Shown here: in pieces, positions 62,046 through 64,000 of the stretch
Numbering within the stretch: position 1 is the first letter of the stretch
Layout: each line of letters opens with the position of its first letter
NCBI GenBank assembly: GCA_963836205.1
Contig: CAWIIV010000008.1
Coordinates: 160,001 to 224,000 of the forward strand
Direction: 5' to 3'
Source: an uncultured Acidimicrobiia bacterium
GTDB taxonomy: Bacteria; Actinomycetota; Acidimicrobiia; Acidimicrobiales; AC-14
Length of the DNA: 64,000 nt
Notes under the pieces: generated by a model
Databases searched by the model: none
What the model was told of the DNA's origin: nothing
Seen by the model: only the letters and a program-made list of their open reading frames with translations
Translations under genes and position numbers: made by a program

Positions 62046-62780
62046 ATGGGCAAAGCCACCGCGCTACTAAACGATCGCGCCAACGCCGCCTGGGATGCAA
62101 TACGTAGGAGTCCGGTGGCCGGCGTTTACCTCACGGAGCTACATAGGCTGGCTACTGACATTGTCGTTAGCCTAGAGGCTGCGCTTGCCGCCGTTCCTGT
62201 GCCACAACCTGGGTCCGGGCTCATTACCGTGAATCATGAAGTTCATCGCCACATCCTGAACGCTCTTGGGGCCGGAGCACGCCTGAAGGGCCTGTGTTTC
62301 GACAGGAGCAAGGGGTACAAGCAGACAGACTTGGAGCACAAGATCCTCCTCCGGAGGGCTGCGTGGGTGCGCGAGCTTCTCGTGGGGATCGATCTCGCCC
62401 CTCTGAAGGAAGCACAAGTGCGAAATACGCTTGAACATTTCGATGAGTATGTGGATCGGTTGGCATTGGAGGCCTACGAGGGAGACATTTCCATGCCTGC
62501 CCTGGTGCCCGTGGATATGGCCCTTAGTTCGCGAAACCTCCTTAGCCAGTTCGCCATAGGGAACGAAGAACCAACTATGTATTGGGTTCGAATCTACATC
62601 TCCGATGAGAAATGCTTCATCAACTGTGGTCACGAAGTGCGCGTTGAGCCCCTGCGGCTGACTGCCGGGTCGATCCGCGATCGACTTGGACCGCTTTTGG
62701 GGAATGCGGCCGAACATGACGGATCCTCGATGCTCGTCCTCACGGAGCGTTCGTTCAAGATGCCGAAGTGCGAAAGGTAG
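62046..62780 (+). CDS. Low-GC hypothetical protein with RNxxxH motif (HEPN-like)
   Basis: VRNTLEHFDE; atypical codon usage; TACGGT -10 6 nt before the ATG. Confidence 0.65.
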   Translation: MGKATALLNDRANAAWDAIRRSPVAGVYLTELHRLATDIVVSLEAALAAVPVPQPGSGLITVNHEVHRHILNALGAGARLKGLCFDRSKGYKQTDLEHKILLRRAAWVRELLVGIDLAPLKEAQVRNTLEHFDEYVDRLALEAYEGDISMPALVPVDMALSSRNLLSQFAIGNEEPTMYWVRIYISDEKCFINCGHEVRVEPLRLTAGSIRDRLGPLLGNAAEHDGSSMLVLTERSFKMPKCER

Positions 62781-62879
62781 GTCCGGACCAGCGCATAGGT
62801 GATACCGCACGCTCGTCACCCATCACACGCCTACGGTGGACCCATGCACAACGCTCAGCCCTGGGCACGGTTCAAGTAG

Positions 62880-62989
62880 GCCCGTCGGCCCCTGCCGCGG
62901 CGCCCCAGGCCGCCTTCTGCAACAAGTGCGGGACCCGGCGCAACCCTGGCGACGCCTTCTGCCCGTCCTGCGGCAACAGGCTGTCCTGA
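62880..62989 (+). pseudogene. Orphan C-terminal zinc-ribbon fragment
   Basis: AAPQAAFCNKCGTRRNPGDAFCPSCGNRLS* in native high-GC codons with no convincing N-terminus. Confidence 0.5.
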
Positions 62990-62996
62990 GGATCGC

Positions 62997-64000
62997 TCAG
63001 AACGCGACCCTCACAACCGTCGCCCGCAGGACGCCCTGGCCGTCGGCGGCGGACCGCTCCAGGAACACGACCGCGCCGGCGGCCTCGCTCGGCGCCTCGA
63101 ACCCGATCTCGCCGCTGAACGGTCCGAGGACGCCGTCGCCGCGGCCGGTGACGAAACCCTCACCCAGGCGCCGATCGGCGAGCATGCCGTCCTCCCGCAC
63201 CTGGACGACCACGTTGCCCTCGAAGGTGGCGGCCTGGCCGGCCACGCCCACCGGAGACGACACCCGGTCGAGCGCCGCCGGCCGGGTGACCACGATCTGG
63301 GGCGACGACGCCGCCACCACGGTCCACGGGCCGAGGTCGCCGTCGGCATTGCCGGACATGAGGAACACGCTCATCGTGGGCTGGGGATCGGCGATCGGCG
63401 TCCCCCCCTCGCCGGTGGTGAATCCGACCTTCACCTCGAGCCGGCCGCCGGTGGACGGGGTCGGCGAGCCGAAGGTGGCGGGGTCGACCATGCCCACGTA
63501 GCGAGCGGCGAACGCCTTGGCCGTGTCCACCGGGCTGGTGAACGTGCGGTCGGCGCCCGAAAGGTAGGCGTCCATCTCCGCCTGCGACGTGAACGGCCAG
63601 ATCCCGGGGAACGTCGCCGCATCCGCGTCCACGAACTCCCGGTAGTCGGCGCAGCTCACGGGCTGGTCCAGCACGATGCCGTTGCCGGAGAACACGTTGA
63701 CCAGGTCGCCGTCGAGCAGGAAGCGGACCCCGGAGACGCTGTCGAACTGGTCGAGCGTGCACGTCACCTGGGCCAGGCGGAGGCTGAGCGACAGGCTCCC
63801 CCCGCCCGACTCGAAGTCTTTGGACAGGTCGACCTTGGCCACGCCGTCGGCGATGGTGAGGCCCCGGAACCGGGTCTCGGCGGGGATGGCAGTGCCGAAG
63901 CCGTCGGCCGCCTCCGCCGCGGTCGGGCCCCCGACCAGCCCTTTCATCGATTCCGCGCCGATGGCCGGCACCCGGGGGACGGCCCGGGTGACGGCGGTGA
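62997..64000 (-). CDS. GerMN plus Gmad2 Ig-like domain envelope protein; 5' end beyond the window
   Basis: LVGGPT, TAIP, VDLS.DF..GGGS, LAQVTCTLDQF; ATFEGNV, GPFSGEI. Confidence 0.82.
   Translation of the reverse strand, partial: TAVTRAVPRVPAIGAESMKGLVGGPTAAEAADGFGTAIPAETRFRGLTIADGVAKVDLSKDFESGGGSLSLSLRLAQVTCTLDQFDSVSGVRFLLDGDLVNVFSGNGIVLDQPVSCADYREFVDADAATFPGIWPFTSQAEMDAYLSGADRTFTSPVDTAKAFAARYVGMVDPATFGSPTPSTGGRLEVKVGFTTGEGGTPIADPQPTMSVFLMSGNADGDLGPWTVVAASSPQIVVTRPAALDRVSSPVGVAGQAATFEGNVVVQVREDGMLADRRLGEGFVTGRGDGVLGPFSGEIGFEAPSEAAGAVVFLERSAADGQGVLRATVVRVAF

Overview
A high-GC actinobacterial chromosomal segment; gene content and small conserved hypotheticals suggest class Acidimicrobiia (inference). 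It is mostly housekeeping: a treS-like amylase, mscS, class A PBP, a modABC operon with its regulator, tryptophanase, a GH65/beta-PGM pair, MMPL, a FAS-II cluster (fabD, biotinyl-like protein, fabH, fabG, acpP, fabF, carboxyltransferase, fabI), a split his/trp supercluster carrying both trpB2 and trpB1, three two-component systems, nth, mshD and rlmN, plus tRNA-Val(TAC) and tRNA-Leu(CAA). The most notable items are: (1) a ~1.8 kb islet integrated at the tRNA-Leu 3' end (28-bp direct repeat, integrase remnant) with a coupled DUF3467-like/HicB-like/HicA-like three-gene operon, a candidate toxin-antitoxin-accessory system; (2) an ~82-nt structured sRNA candidate with a consensus sigma-70 promoter just upstream of tRNA-Leu; (3) a 6C-like sRNA candidate with twin UCCCGCC loops next to nth; (4) a dispersed 47-49-bp REP-like palindrome family (8 copies); (5) a lysine-less biotinyl-domain gene in the fab cluster; (6) an orphan HEPN-like gene. 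Several single-base frameshifts in conserved genes look like assembly errors. All calls were made by eye from motifs; no database searches were run.
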